Source of the DNA: Minisyncoccota bacterium
GTDB lineage: Bacteria > Patescibacteriota > Minisyncoccia > Phycocordibacterales > JABMNX01
Direction of reading: 5' to 3'
NCBI GenBank assembly: GCA_965222715.1
Contig: OZ244961.1
Span: 204,609-268,608, forward strand
Length of the DNA: 64,000 nt
Part shown: positions 29,306-39,316 of the stretch, one piece after another
Numbering within the stretch: the first letter of the stretch is position 1
Layout: each line of letters opens with the position of its first letter
Program-made: the position numbers and the translations under genes
The notes under the pieces: model-generated
Database searches by the model: none
The model's input: the letters and a program-made list of their open reading frames with translations, nothing else
What the model was told of the DNA's origin: nothing

Positions 29306-29503
29306 TTATTTTTGTAATTTAAAAGCACTGTAGGCAAGGTAGAGTACACCAACTACCACAACCCAACTCAGCCACAGTGGTACTTCCCAGTCATTGTACA
29401 TAAGCTCCCATTCATTGAAGGCACGAAGTCCGTGAAGTATTGCCACACCAACAAAAAGGTAGCCGGTAATTTGAAAGTACTCTTTTTTCTGTAATGGTTT
29501 CAT
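29306..29503 (-). CDS. Small two-TM hypothetical protein
   Basis: LFVGVAILHGLR...VPLWLSWV. Confidence 0.7.
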   Translation of the reverse strand: MKPLQKKEYFQITGYLFVGVAILHGLRAFNEWELMYNDWEVPLWLSWVVVVGVLYLAYSAFKLQK

Positions 29504-29625
29504 ATGCATTGTATTATATACGAAGGTTATAAGATCTATATATTTCGCGTGTGGATATATGTAGGTAATTTTGATATAGTTCCACTACTCACCCTGTGTC
29601 CAACTGCAGGGCGATTTATAGTGTT

Positions 29626-32223
29626 ATGGAAGAACATATACATATAAAAGGTGCAAAGACACATAATCTTAAGGATGTTGATTTAGAAATTCCACGAAAC
29701 AAGATGGTGGTATTTACTGGTCTCTCTGGATCAGGGAAGTCATCACTTGCATTCGATACTATTTTTGCAGAAGGACAAAGAAAGTATGTTGAGTCACTTT
29801 CAGCATATGCACGTCAATTTCTTCGACAAATGCAAAAACCAGATGTTGAAGAAATTTCTGGCCTCTCACCAGCTATTTCAATTGATCAAAAATCACGCTC
29901 AAACAACCCACGCTCAACCGTTGCAACAATAACTGAGATTTATGATTACTTGCGTATTCTCTATGCTCGGGTTGGTAAACCGTATTGTCTTCATCACGAT
30001 GTAGAGATTAAAAAACTTTCGCATGAAGAGGTAATGAGAGTAGTGCTTGCTGTTGTTCAAAAAAATATTACAAAAAAAACAGGGAAGCAGGTGCTTGGTG
30101 CTGAATATTCTGACCTCAAGGTGCGCATTTTCTCACCAGTTGTTGTTGGGCGAAAAGGTGAGTACTATCAACTTCTTTATGATTTACTCGGTAAGGGGTA
30201 TGAGCGTGTACGCATTGATGGGAAACTGCACCAATTACGAGAGAAGATTGAGTTAAAAAAGACTAAAAAACACAATATTGATGTACTCGTTGATGAGATT
30301 TTTGTCAGTGAATTTAAGGATGATAAAGCAAGTGCAACTGAACGGCTTTCTGAGGCAATCGAGCAAGCACTCAATGAGAGCGATGGACTGATTACTATAG
30401 AAGATCCAGAAGGAGAACAGCAGACACTTTCAGCAAAGTTTATTTGCCCAGAAGATGGTAGTTCATTTCCTGAGGTAGAGCCACGACTCTTTTCATTTAA
30501 CTCCCCATATGGCGCATGTCCTGAATGTAATGGGCTAGGAACTAAATATTTCTTTGGAAGTGAGTTATGTGATTCGTGTCAGGGCGCTCGACTGCGGCCT
30601 GAGGCACTGCGCGTATACCTTGGTGGTGATCCAAAAGCGGGAAAGAATATTGTAGACTTCACGTCGCTTTCAATTAGTGATGCGTATGATTTTCTTTCAA
30701 AACTCAAACTCACTAAAAAAGAAGAAGAAATTTCAAATGTGGTAGTGAAAGAGATACTCAATCGTCTACAATTCATGATTGATGTGGGTATCGAATACCT
30801 CTCTCTTGATCGTCGCGCAAACACACTTTCAGGTGGAGAAGCGCAACGTATTCGGCTTGCGTCTCAACTTGGCTCAGGTCTTGTCGGAGCGCTCTACGTA
30901 CTTGATGAACCAACAATTGGATTACACCAGAGAGACAACGACCGATTAATTAAAACACTCCTTAACCTCCGTGACCTCGGTAACACTATTGTTGTGGTTG
31001 AACACGATGAAGACACTATCTATTCAGCTGACTACATTGTTGATATTGGTCCTGGTGCGGGAGTGCATGGAGGAGAAATTGTTGTCTCCGGTTGGCTTGA
31101 TAAGCTTTTGACTGCAAAAACAAATCCATCAAAATCAGTTACGCTTGAGTATTTACGTGGAGACAAGGAGATAGAGATTCCTGAAAAGCGTCGTGATTCT
31201 CAAAAAGGTGCACTCAAAGTGCGTGGTGGAAGCATTTTTAACATACAAAATATGAACATTGATGTGCCACTTGGTCGCTTAGTCACCATTACTGGTGTAT
31301 CTGGCTCAGGTAAATCAAGTTTGATGTATGAGATTATTTACAAAAATCTTCGGGCACGTTTTGAGAAAAAGCATCGTTCAGCAAAAGTCTACAATTGTGC
31401 AAAATTTGAAGGTACTGAGTACCTTGGCCGCTCTATTTTAATTGATCAGTCACCAATTGGGCGTACACCACGTTCAAACCCAGCAACGTATACTGGTGCA
31501 TTTACCCACATCAGAGATCTTTTTGCAGCAACAAGTGAAGCACGTGCGCGTGGATGGAAAGCGGGACGATTTTCATTCAATGTGAAAGGTGGTCGGTGTG
31601 AAGCGTGTCAGGGAAATGGTGTTGTTTCAGTTGAGATGCATTTCCTACCTACAGTGTATGTATCATGCGATGTATGTAATGGTAAGCGATTTACCAAGGA
31701 AACGCTTGAGGTGAAGTATAAGAAGAAAAATATTTATGAAGTCCTTCGCATGACGGTTGAAGAAGCACTGACATTCTTTGAAGATATTCCTGCAATTTAT
31801 GATCGGCTAAAGACGCTCAATGATGTGGGGTTGGGATATCTTGAGCTCGGACAGTCTGCAACAACACTTTCTGGTGGTGAAGCTCAGAGAGTGAAAATTT
31901 CTTCAGAGCTCTATCGTCCACATACACAAAAGACTATCTACCTTCTTGATGAGCCAACTATTGGTCTTCATTATGAAGATGTACAGAAACTCATTGAAAT
32001 TCTTCAAGAGTTAGTTAACAAAGGAAACACTGTAGTGATGATTGAACACAACATGGATATTATAAAAAGTTCAGATTACCTCATTGATATTGGCCCTGAG
32101 GGTGGAGTTGGTGGTGGTAAGGTAGTTGCCAAAGGGACACCTGAGGAAGTTGCTCAAACAAAAGGCTCGTATACAGGAGAGTATCTTAAGAAAATTCTTA
32201 AAAAGAAACGCACAGGTAGCTAG
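29626..32223 (+). CDS. uvrA: Excinuclease ABC subunit A
   Basis: Two ABC modules ([26 protein letters not shown] twice), [18 protein letters not shown]. Confidence 0.98.
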   Translation: MEEHIHIKGAKTHNLKDVDLEIPRNKMVVFTGLSGSGKSSLAFDTIFAEGQRKYVESLSAYARQFLRQMQKPDVEEISGLSPAISIDQKSRSNNPRSTVATITEIYDYLRILYARVGKPYCLHHDVEIKKLSHEEVMRVVLAVVQKNITKKTGKQVLGAEYSDLKVRIFSPVVVGRKGEYYQLLYDLLGKGYERVRIDGKLHQLREKIELKKTKKHNIDVLVDEIFVSEFKDDKASATERLSEAIEQALNESDGLITIEDPEGEQQTLSAKFICPEDGSSFPEVEPRLFSFNSPYGACPECNGLGTKYFFGSELCDSCQGARLRPEALRVYLGGDPKAGKNIVDFTSLSISDAYDFLSKLKLTKKEEEISNVVVKEILNRLQFMIDVGIEYLSLDRRANTLSGGEAQRIRLASQLGSGLVGALYVLDEPTIGLHQRDNDRLIKTLLNLRDLGNTIVVVEHDEDTIYSADYIVDIGPGAGVHGGEIVVSGWLDKLLTAKTNPSKSVTLEYLRGDKEIEIPEKRRDSQKGALKVRGGSIFNIQNMNIDVPLGRLVTITGVSGSGKSSLMYEIIYKNLRARFEKKHRSAKVYNCAKFEGTEYLGRSILIDQSPIGRTPRSNPATYTGAFTHIRDLFAATSEARARGWKAGRFSFNVKGGRCEACQGNGVVSVEMHFLPTVYVSCDVCNGKRFTKETLEVKYKKKNIYEVLRMTVEEALTFFEDIPAIYDRLKTLNDVGLGYLELGQSATTLSGGEAQRVKISSELYRPHTQKTIYLLDEPTIGLHYEDVQKLIEILQELVNKGNTVVMIEHNMDIIKSSDYLIDIGPEGGVGGGKVVAKGTPEEVAQTKGSYTGEYLKKILKKKRTGS

Positions 32224-32301
32224 TTGCGGTCTAGTGATTCCATGCTACACTGAGGCTTTAGAGTGTTCTATTTGAGTAACGACTGGAAAGGGGTGTGAAA
32301 A

Positions 32302-32553
32302 ATGAATCTTGGTGCAGCTGCGGCTACCTCTCTCAACGATTCCAGCGACACAATGCTGGAAAGATTGCGAGTTCATTTCGAGGTGCAGAACGATAGACAG
32401 GTATTCTGTCGAGCGTACCGGTGGTATCACAACAATCCGGATGAAACGGCGCCAGAGGGGTATTACGTGAAATTTCAAGAAGGGGAGCTCTCCCTACAAG
32501 AAATCACCTTTGTTCTTCGTGCTTACGAGGTCTTGGTCTGCGGAATGCCGTAG
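32302..32553 (+). CDS. Hypothetical protein (ORFan)
   Basis: 83-aa ORF with purine-rich RBS and a downstream hairpin ACGTCGCGAT...ATCGCGACGT. Confidence 0.55.
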   Translation: MNLGAAAATSLNDSSDTMLERLRVHFEVQNDRQVFCRAYRWYHNNPDETAPEGYYVKFQEGELSLQEITFVLRAYEVLVCGMP

Positions 32554-32637
32554 CGCAAAGGAAGACACGTCGCGATCTAGTATCGCGACGTTTCGTTTTT
32601 GCAGAATATATTTTTTTAATGCACAATTCTTATTGCT

Positions 32638-33876
32638 ATGACTGTTGAAGATGTTAATAAAAAAGACCTTCCTGATGCACCAGGTGTGTACATATTTAGA
32701 GGTGCCCACAAGAAAATCCTTTATATTGGGAAAGCAACGTCACTCAAAAATCGTGTGCGAAGCTATTTTTCATCTGACATTGGGTATGTACGAAGCCCAC
32801 TCATTGCGCGCATGGTTTTGGAGGCGAGAGATATTGATATTGAAGAAACAGATTCAGTGCTTGAGGCACTTATTTTGGAGGCAAATCTCATTAAAAAGTA
32901 TCAGCCGCCATATAACTCAAAAGAGAAGGATGATAAGAGTTTTAATTATGTAGTTATTACTGACGAAGAGATTCCACGTGTACTCACTGTTCGGGGGAAA
33001 GACCTACCATCCTTAAAAGCTGAAAGCTACAAGGTTAAAGCTCTCTATGGCCCCTTCCCTAAAGGTGGACAATTTAAAGAGGCAATGAAAATTATTCGAA
33101 AGATCTTTCCTTACTTTGATACGAAGTATCCAATTACTAACTCACTCTCAAAGTCACAAGAAAAACAAGTGCGGTTTAACCAATCGATTGGTATATTCCC
33201 TGGTGTTCCTGGTGAGCCAATTGATGCAAAAGCATATGCACGAACTATGAGGCACTTACGACTTTTTCTTGATGGGAAAAAGAAACGACTCTTGAGCTCT
33301 CTTGAGAGAGACATGAAACAATTAGCACAAAAAGAACAGTTCGAAGAAGCTGAAAGTAGGAAGCGACAAATATTTGCGCTTACCCACATACAAGACGTAT
33401 CACTTATTAAAGATGAGTATCGCACTACTCGAGGAAGAGAAGGTTTTCGTATTGAATCGTATGATGTTGCACATACTGCTGGCACTGATGTTGTTGGCGT
33501 TATGACAGTTGTTGAAGACGGTGAAGCTGATCCAGGTGAGTATCGGAAATTTAAATTGAAGGTTGATGTAAATAATGACGTTAAGGCATTGAAAGAGATT
33601 CTTGAGCGACGTTTAGGGCACAGTGAGTGGACGTACCCACGACTTATTGTTGTTGATGGTGGAAGAGCGCAAGTAAATGCAGCTGAAAAAGTTTTAAAGG
33701 ATAACGGGTACGACATTTCAGTGGTTGGGGTCACAAAAGACGAATATCACCGACCAAAAGGGTTTGTAGGGGATCGTGTGCTCATTAATATGTATGAGCG
33801 AGAAATACTTCTTGCAAACAGTGAGGCACACCGTTTTGCAATAAACTATCATCGATCACGACGTAGAAAGTATTAA
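32638..33876 (+). CDS. uvrC: UvrC-like excinuclease (short form)
   Basis: GIY-YIG (PGVYIF...YIGKA), UVR domain, RNase H-like RIESYDVAH and VVDGG, EAHRFAINYHR. Confidence 0.9.
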   Translation: MTVEDVNKKDLPDAPGVYIFRGAHKKILYIGKATSLKNRVRSYFSSDIGYVRSPLIARMVLEARDIDIEETDSVLEALILEANLIKKYQPPYNSKEKDDKSFNYVVITDEEIPRVLTVRGKDLPSLKAESYKVKALYGPFPKGGQFKEAMKIIRKIFPYFDTKYPITNSLSKSQEKQVRFNQSIGIFPGVPGEPIDAKAYARTMRHLRLFLDGKKKRLLSSLERDMKQLAQKEQFEEAESRKRQIFALTHIQDVSLIKDEYRTTRGREGFRIESYDVAHTAGTDVVGVMTVVEDGEADPGEYRKFKLKVDVNNDVKALKEILERRLGHSEWTYPRLIVVDGGRAQVNAAEKVLKDNGYDISVVGVTKDEYHRPKGFVGDRVLINMYEREILLANSEAHRFAINYHRSRRRKY

Positions 33877-33909
33877 ATTACGTAGCGGTAGTGCTATACT
33901 AAGAGCACT

Positions 33910-34884
33910 ATGCGAAGAATTCGTGTTGGCGTACTTCGGGGAGGGCCATCGAGCGAGTATGATATCTCACTTAAAACTGGTGGGAATGTGCTCAAACATC
34001 TCAACGAAGAAAAATATGAACCAGTTGACGTCTTAATTTCACGAGACGGTGCGTGGCACTTACGTGGTTTTGAAGTGGTGCCAGAAAAAGTATTGCAGTA
34101 TGTCGATGTGGTATTCAATGCGCTTCACGGAGAGTATGGAGAAGATGGGCAGGTACAGAAAATCCTAGAGTCATTTCATATGCCATATACTGGCTCGCGC
34201 CGCCTTGCTTCAGCTGTTTCAATAAATAAACCACATGCAAAACACATTGTTTCAGAGAGAGGTATTCGTACTCCGCATCATATTATTATTGAACGGACAC
34301 CTCATATTGAATCTAAAGCGCTTGAGATATTTCGCACATTCCCTCAGCCAGTTGTCATAAAGCCGGTAGGGAAGGGTTCGTCGCTTGGCGTTACATTTGC
34401 TGGTTCATACGACGACTTGGTTACCGCACTTCACACTGCACTTGAAGAATCACCAACAGCTATGGTCGAAGAGTATGTCCGTGGAAAAGAGGTTACGAGC
34501 GGGGTTGTTGAGCAATTTCGTGATGAAGATCGCTATACACTGCTTCCGATTCAGATAGTACTCCCTAAAGAAAAGCCATGTTTTGATTATGATTTGAAGT
34601 ACTCTCCACAAAACAGTGGGGTACTACAGTGTCCAGGGAATCTCTCTCCTGAAGAGAAGTTATTGATTCGTGACGCAACGCGACGCGTGCATGAAGCCTT
34701 AGGACTTCGTCATTACTCGCGTTCTGACTTTATTGTGACACCGCGTGGTGTATATTTCCTTGAAGCAAACACACTCCCAGGACTTACTGAGTACTCTCTT
34801 GTACCACATGCTCTTAAGGAGGCAGGATGCGCGTTCGATGATTTTGTTGACCATCTCATTACTCTTGCTGTTGAAAGTAAATAA
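33910..34884 (+). CDS. ddl: D-alanine--D-alanine ligase
   Basis: GGPSSEYDISL, LHGEYGEDG, GSSLG, FDYDLKY, EANTLPGLT. Confidence 0.95.
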   Translation: MRRIRVGVLRGGPSSEYDISLKTGGNVLKHLNEEKYEPVDVLISRDGAWHLRGFEVVPEKVLQYVDVVFNALHGEYGEDGQVQKILESFHMPYTGSRRLASAVSINKPHAKHIVSERGIRTPHHIIIERTPHIESKALEIFRTFPQPVVIKPVGKGSSLGVTFAGSYDDLVTALHTALEESPTAMVEEYVRGKEVTSGVVEQFRDEDRYTLLPIQIVLPKEKPCFDYDLKYSPQNSGVLQCPGNLSPEEKLLIRDATRRVHEALGLRHYSRSDFIVTPRGVYFLEANTLPGLTEYSLVPHALKEAGCAFDDFVDHLITLAVESK

Positions 34885-34910
34885 GGTATACTGTTCGAGT
34901 ACATTTACTT

Positions 34911-34984
34911 GGGCCCGTAGCTCAGTTGGCTAGAGCGCCTCATTTGCACTGAGGAGGCCGGGGGTTCGAATCCTCTCGGGTCCA
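34911..34984 (+). tRNA. tRNA-Ala(TGC)
   Basis: Acceptor GGGCCCG/CGGGTCC with G3:U70, anticodon arm CCTCA-TTTGCAC-TGAGG, T-loop TTCGAAT. Confidence 0.96.
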
Positions 34985-35075
34985 CAGCTTAAATCGTCCT
35001 TATTTTTCAAGGCATTTTTTGCCTACTTATTTTGCATTTGGAACCGTTTTTGTAACAACAAATACAAACCTCTTC

Positions 35076-35104
35076 TTGCGCCTTATACCCCCTAGGGGTA
35101 TAAT
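35076..35104 (+). promoter_or_regulatory. csoR promoter with CsoR-type operator
   Basis: TTGCGC, 17 nt, TATAAT, overlapped by the inverted repeat TTATACCCC-CTA-GGGGTATAA (35083-35103). Confidence 0.85.
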
Positions 35105-35113
35105 GTCCTGTGT

Positions 35114-35383
35114 ATGAAAGCAGAAACGAAAAAGCAGGTACAAAATCGTCTTCGACGTGTCGAGGGTCAGGTGCGTGGACTCCAAAAAATGGTCGATGAG
35201 GAACAGTATTGCGTTGATATTATTACACAGTCGTCCGCAGTACGGAGCGCACTCTCGGCAGTTGAGGATTTGATGCTTGAAAATCACTTGTCCGAACACG
35301 TCATTCACCAGATGAAGCAGGGACAGGAGAAGAAAGCGATCAGTGAAATTATCAACATATTTAATAAAGCTAAGAAAAAATAA
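35114..35383 (+). CDS. csoR: Copper-sensing repressor, CsoR/RcnR family
   Basis: RLRRVEGQVRGLQKMV, YCVDII, ENHLSEHV. Confidence 0.92.
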   Translation: MKAETKKQVQNRLRRVEGQVRGLQKMVDEEQYCVDIITQSSAVRSALSAVEDLMLENHLSEHVIHQMKQGQEKKAISEIINIFNKAKKK

Positions 35384-35384
35384 T

Positions 35385-35819
35385 ATGGAAAACAAAAACC
35401 AAACAATCATTATCGGTCTCCTCGCCCTTATCGTCGGGCTTCTTCTCGGCTACTTCTTCGGTGCCAATAACATGCCACACCGAGGATTCTTCTCAAATGA
35501 GTCAATGTACGAGGAAATGGAAGAGCACATGGGAGGGTATGAGTACAATGATGAAATCGTAAGCGGCGACGGCGAATTAATGCATATGATGGACGAAATG
35601 ATGCTTATTGGGCGTGGTCAGACTGGAGACGCATATGAAGAAGCGTGGCTCCGTGGTATGGTCGTGCATCACATAGGAGCGATCAGAATGTCAGAGCAAC
35701 TCTTGAAAGAAACGGATCGTCCAGAACTTATCGAACTTGCAAACAACATCATTGAAAGTCAGTCGAGAGAGGTTGAACAGATGAAAGGTTGGCTTAATTC
35801 ATGGTTCAATGAAAACTAA
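35385..35819 (+). CDS. DUF305 (CopM-like) protein
   Basis: MVVHHIGAIRMS, ELANNIIESQSREVEQM. Confidence 0.85.
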   Translation: MENKNQTIIIGLLALIVGLLLGYFFGANNMPHRGFFSNESMYEEMEEHMGGYEYNDEIVSGDGELMHMMDEMMLIGRGQTGDAYEEAWLRGMVVHHIGAIRMSEQLLKETDRPELIELANNIIESQSREVEQMKGWLNSWFNEN

Positions 35820-36306
35820 TATGAAAAGCAATCTTATTATCGGAATACTGGTTGTCGCAGTGATCGCTGTTGTCGGCGTTATGGCAACACAAGCGTTCCC
35901 TAAGCAAAGCACAATTACTGAAGTTCCAACTAACGGACTTTTGGCAACCATATATAAATCGCCAAGCTGTGGTTGTTGCGGGCAATACGCTACGTATTTA
36001 GAGAAAAAGGGATACGGCGTTGATGTTGAGGGAGTTGCGAATATGCAATCGATAAAAGAACAGTACGACATACCGTATGAGCTTGAGAGCTGTCACACGA
36101 TGGAGATTGACGGGTATGTAGTCGAGGGGCATATTCCGGAGGAAGCAGTGCAGAAGCTTCTTGCTGAACGACCAGATATCAAAGGCATCGGTATGGCAGG
36201 CATGCCATCAGGTTCTCCAGGAATGCCGGGTCCTAAAACATCAGACTTCGTGATTTACGAGATCACTCATAACGGCACAAAGGGCGACGTCTTTATGACT
36301 ATTTAA
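35809..36306 (+). CDS. DUF411 / CopG-like metal-binding protein
   Basis: KSPSCGCC, SCHT, VEGHIP, GMPSGSPGM. Confidence 0.9.
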   Translation: MKTNMKSNLIIGILVVAVIAVVGVMATQAFPKQSTITEVPTNGLLATIYKSPSCGCCGQYATYLEKKGYGVDVEGVANMQSIKEQYDIPYELESCHTMEIDGYVVEGHIPEEAVQKLLAERPDIKGIGMAGMPSGSPGMPGPKTSDFVIYEITHNGTKGDVFMTI

Positions 36307-36324
36307 CTAACGATTAGTGGATAT

Positions 36325-36708
36325 ATGAACTACGGACACAAAAAACAAGTCTCGCTATCGTTTGACGAAGCAGTGGAAAAAGTTCGAGTGGAACTCGCTA
36401 AAGAGGGATTCGGTGTTTTAACCGAAATTGACGTTGCAACAACACTTAAAAAGAAGCTCGATGTTGAGTACGACAATTACGTTATTCTCGGTGCATGTAA
36501 TCCGCCGTTTGCTTATGAGGCACTCAAAGCTGAGAAAGACATCGGTCTTCTATTGCCGTGCAATGTCATTGTGTATGAAAACAATGGTAACGTGTTCGTT
36601 TCCGCAATTCTTCCGACAGTAGCAATGAACATGGTGGAGAATGAAACACTCGGTACTATTGCCAAAGAGGTCGAGAGTAAATTAATTAAGGTCGTTAAGA
36701 ACATATAA
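36325..36708 (+). CDS. DUF302 domain protein
   Basis: GFGVLTEID, ILGACNP, GLLLPCNV. Confidence 0.9.
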   Translation: MNYGHKKQVSLSFDEAVEKVRVELAKEGFGVLTEIDVATTLKKKLDVEYDNYVILGACNPPFAYEALKAEKDIGLLLPCNVIVYENNGNVFVSAILPTVAMNMVENETLGTIAKEVESKLIKVVKNI

Positions 36709-36720
36709 TCGAAAGTATTT

Positions 36721-36987
36721 ATGAACAACTTACACATTATAAAAACAGGAAATGCGTTCGGTATCCTTTCAGTCATCTTCTTCCTGTTCTGCATGGCATG
36801 GGGATTCTTGCTCACTGATCCAGTGCTTAAGGAGCTTCATGTAAATATTCTGCGCATTGCATATCCGGGCTTCACCATGAGTCTTATTGGGGCAGTCATT
36901 GGTCTGGTCGAAACTTTTATTTACGGATGGATATTTGGTGCCCTCTTTGCGTGGGTGTGCCGAAAAGTCTGTATCTCTAACGTATAG
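36721..36987 (+). CDS. Small membrane protein (DUF5676-like)
   Basis: Two TM segments with FCMAWG, LH, PGF, GLVETFIYGW. Confidence 0.7.
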   Translation: MNNLHIIKTGNAFGILSVIFFLFCMAWGFLLTDPVLKELHVNILRIAYPGFTMSLIGAVIGLVETFIYGWIFGALFAWVCRKVCISNV

Positions 36988-36998
36988 CAAATGCAAGA

Positions 36999-38975
36999 AT
37001 GTCACACGAACACCATCACAATCATGCAGACCACGGGGCACATGGAATGAGTCACGGTTCTGCCGCACAGTACCTAAAGCGATTCTGGATTGTTACGTTC
37101 CTTCTCATTCCGCTTGTACTGGTGCATCCAAAAGTATCAGAGATACTCGGTATTTCCTTTGGGCTGAACAAGTGGATACAATTCGCAATTGCAACAATTA
37201 TATTCGGCTTTGCACTTGTATTCTTTCAGCATGCATGGCACGAAATAAAGTCGCGCAAGTATGGCATGATGACGCTTGTCTCGCTTGCCGTAGGAAGCGG
37301 ATATTTGTTTTCTGTTGCTTCAACTTTCATTTCTGCTGTAGACGTAGAGTTTTATCTTGAAATCTCAACACTTGTTTGGGTACTGTTGTTCGGACACTAT
37401 TTGGAAGCAAAATCCAGTTCGGCAGCTGGAGATGCGCTGTCTGAGGTCGCAAAGCTTCTACCGAAGAAAGCGCACAAGCTAGAAAATGGTACTGAGACTG
37501 ATGTTGATATCAACGAGCTTCAAGAGGGCGATGTTGTTGTTGTGAAGCCGGGAGAAAAGGTTCCGGCAGACGGCACAATTACTAAAGGATTTGCGAATGT
37601 AAATGAGTCACATATAAGCGGCGAGTCAAAACCAATTGAGAAAAAAGAAGGTATGAATGTGGTCGCTGGAGCAATTTGTCTTGATGGATCACTCACGGTC
37701 AAGCTCTCCCGTGTTGGCGAACACTCAACAGTCGGTCAGATACAAAAGCTTATAGCTCAAGCTGGGCAGACTAAACCTCGATCTCAAAGGATTGCGGACA
37801 AAGCATCTGCTGTACTCACCTTTGTTGCAGGTATTACCGCGCTTGGGACGCTTCTCGTTTGGACACTGATTATTGGACAGCCGTTTGTGTTTGCGGTCAC
37901 GCTCGCTATCACGGTACTTGTTATTGCCTGTCCGCATGCGCTCGGGCTTGCCATTCCAACCGTGACAACCATAACCACCTCGCTTGCGGTAAGGAACGGT
38001 TTTTTCATCAAAGACCTCTCAAAGATTGAGATCATACGCAAAGCAAACTACGTGGTGTTTGATAAGACAGGAACACTTACTAAAGGAGAGTTTGGCGTTA
38101 CTAACATCGTATCTATTAAGGAACAAGACAAGGACAGAATCATTTCTATTGCCGCGTCTCTCGAACAGCACTCCTCGCATATCATTGGGCAATCCATACT
38201 GAAGTATGCGCGTGAGCAAAAGATTCAGGTCTCTGAAATCAGCGACTTTCAGAACATTGCTGGTCAGGGTGTGAAGGCAAAGGTAGGAAGTCAGGAATAT
38301 TTTGCTGGCAATGAGCGTTTGATCCGAAGTTTGAACCTTACATTCAACACACCCACGGATACCGACGGCACACTCGTCTTTGTCGCTGATAAAAAACGAG
38401 TACTCGGTTATCTCGTTCTCTCCGACGCAGTCAAAGAGTCTTCAAAGATAGCTGTCCAGAAACTGCACGACATGGGTGTAAAGGTCGCTATGCTTACTGG
38501 TGATAATGAACAAGTTGCACGATCGGTATCGGAAGAGCTGGGCATTGATACCTATTTTGCAAATGTCATGCCGGAGGATAAATATACGCACATAAAGAAA
38601 CTCCAGGAAGATGGCAGTGTGGTACTTATGGTCGGCGATGGAGTGAACGACGCCCCTGCACTTACCCAAGCTGATGCAGGGGTGGCAATTGGTGCCGGTA
38701 CTGATGTCGCGGTTGAAGCGGGAGACGTAGTGCTCACCGATAATGATCCGCAGGACATCGTGCGACTCATTACACTATCGAAGAAGGTATATACAAAAAT
38801 GATTCAAAATCTTGTCTGGGCGCTAGGGTACAACATTGTGGCAATTCCGGCAGCAGCAGGAGTATTTGCAGTCTGGGGATTCTTCCTACGTCCTGAAATT
38901 GGTGCGCTTGTGATGAGTCTTTCGACAGTAATCGTGGTAGTGAACGCTTTAACGCTCAAGCGAATTAGCTTGTAA
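36999..38975 (+). CDS. copB: Copper-translocating P1B-type ATPase (CopB-like)
   Basis: His-rich N-terminus, ACPHALGLA, DKTGTLT, GDGVNDAPAL, YN and MSLS. Confidence 0.93.
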   Translation: MSHEHHHNHADHGAHGMSHGSAAQYLKRFWIVTFLLIPLVLVHPKVSEILGISFGLNKWIQFAIATIIFGFALVFFQHAWHEIKSRKYGMMTLVSLAVGSGYLFSVASTFISAVDVEFYLEISTLVWVLLFGHYLEAKSSSAAGDALSEVAKLLPKKAHKLENGTETDVDINELQEGDVVVVKPGEKVPADGTITKGFANVNESHISGESKPIEKKEGMNVVAGAICLDGSLTVKLSRVGEHSTVGQIQKLIAQAGQTKPRSQRIADKASAVLTFVAGITALGTLLVWTLIIGQPFVFAVTLAITVLVIACPHALGLAIPTVTTITTSLAVRNGFFIKDLSKIEIIRKANYVVFDKTGTLTKGEFGVTNIVSIKEQDKDRIISIAASLEQHSSHIIGQSILKYAREQKIQVSEISDFQNIAGQGVKAKVGSQEYFAGNERLIRSLNLTFNTPTDTDGTLVFVADKKRVLGYLVLSDAVKESSKIAVQKLHDMGVKVAMLTGDNEQVARSVSEELGIDTYFANVMPEDKYTHIKKLQEDGSVVLMVGDGVNDAPALTQADAGVAIGAGTDVAVEAGDVVLTDNDPQDIVRLITLSKKVYTKMIQNLVWALGYNIVAIPAAAGVFAVWGFFLRPEIGALVMSLSTVIVVVNALTLKRISL

Positions 38976-39071
38976 GGGCTGTAGACGTAAAATCCTGATA
39001 CGCTCTCGCTATTTCCGCAAAATCCCTTATTTCCTGTACGATCTGGTTCCAATCATTTAGGATTAAGTCCA

Positions 39072-39116
39072 CATCACAAAAATAACCTCGCTTCATGCGA
39101 GGTTATTTTTGTGATG
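39072..39116. terminator. Long terminator-like hairpin directly after the first GTCCAC junction
   Basis: CATCACAAAAATAACCTCGC-TTCAT-GCGAGGTTATTTTTGTGATG. Confidence 0.75.
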
Positions 39117-39226
39117 GCTGGGTGTGGGTGGATTCGAAAAGGTTGCCAGATATTTTGTGAGGTACGAAACAAAATATCGACAACCTGTACTGCTCCTGTA
39201 AGGAGCGAATCCTCTAAAATTCACCA
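39115..39226. other. Structured element with tRNA-3'-end-like termini
   Basis: GGATTCG/CGAATCC stem enclosing two hairpins. Right end reads CGAATCCTCT-AAAATTC-A-CCA; left end is antisense TTCGAATCC...GCCA. Confidence 0.6.
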
Positions 39227-39316
39227 GTTTTGGACATATTCAAACTTTATAGAAATTATTTAAAAGTAGTGTATAGTAAATTTATACACTGTAATTATTA
39301 GAATTTTCAAATAAAT

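Noticed and set aside
27100-32640. LexA/SOS boxes upstream of the uvr genes
   Set aside because: No CTGT-N8-ACAG or GAAC-N4-GTTC motif shared between the upstream regions was seen.
33111-33734. 207-aa minus-strand ORF, and similar antisense ORFs within topA, the RND gene and leuS
   Set aside because: Fully antisense to well-supported genes, with no recognisable motifs.
39115-39226. Functional tRNA gene
   Set aside because: No D-arm or anticodon arm and no pairing acceptor stem; only 3'-end-like termini.
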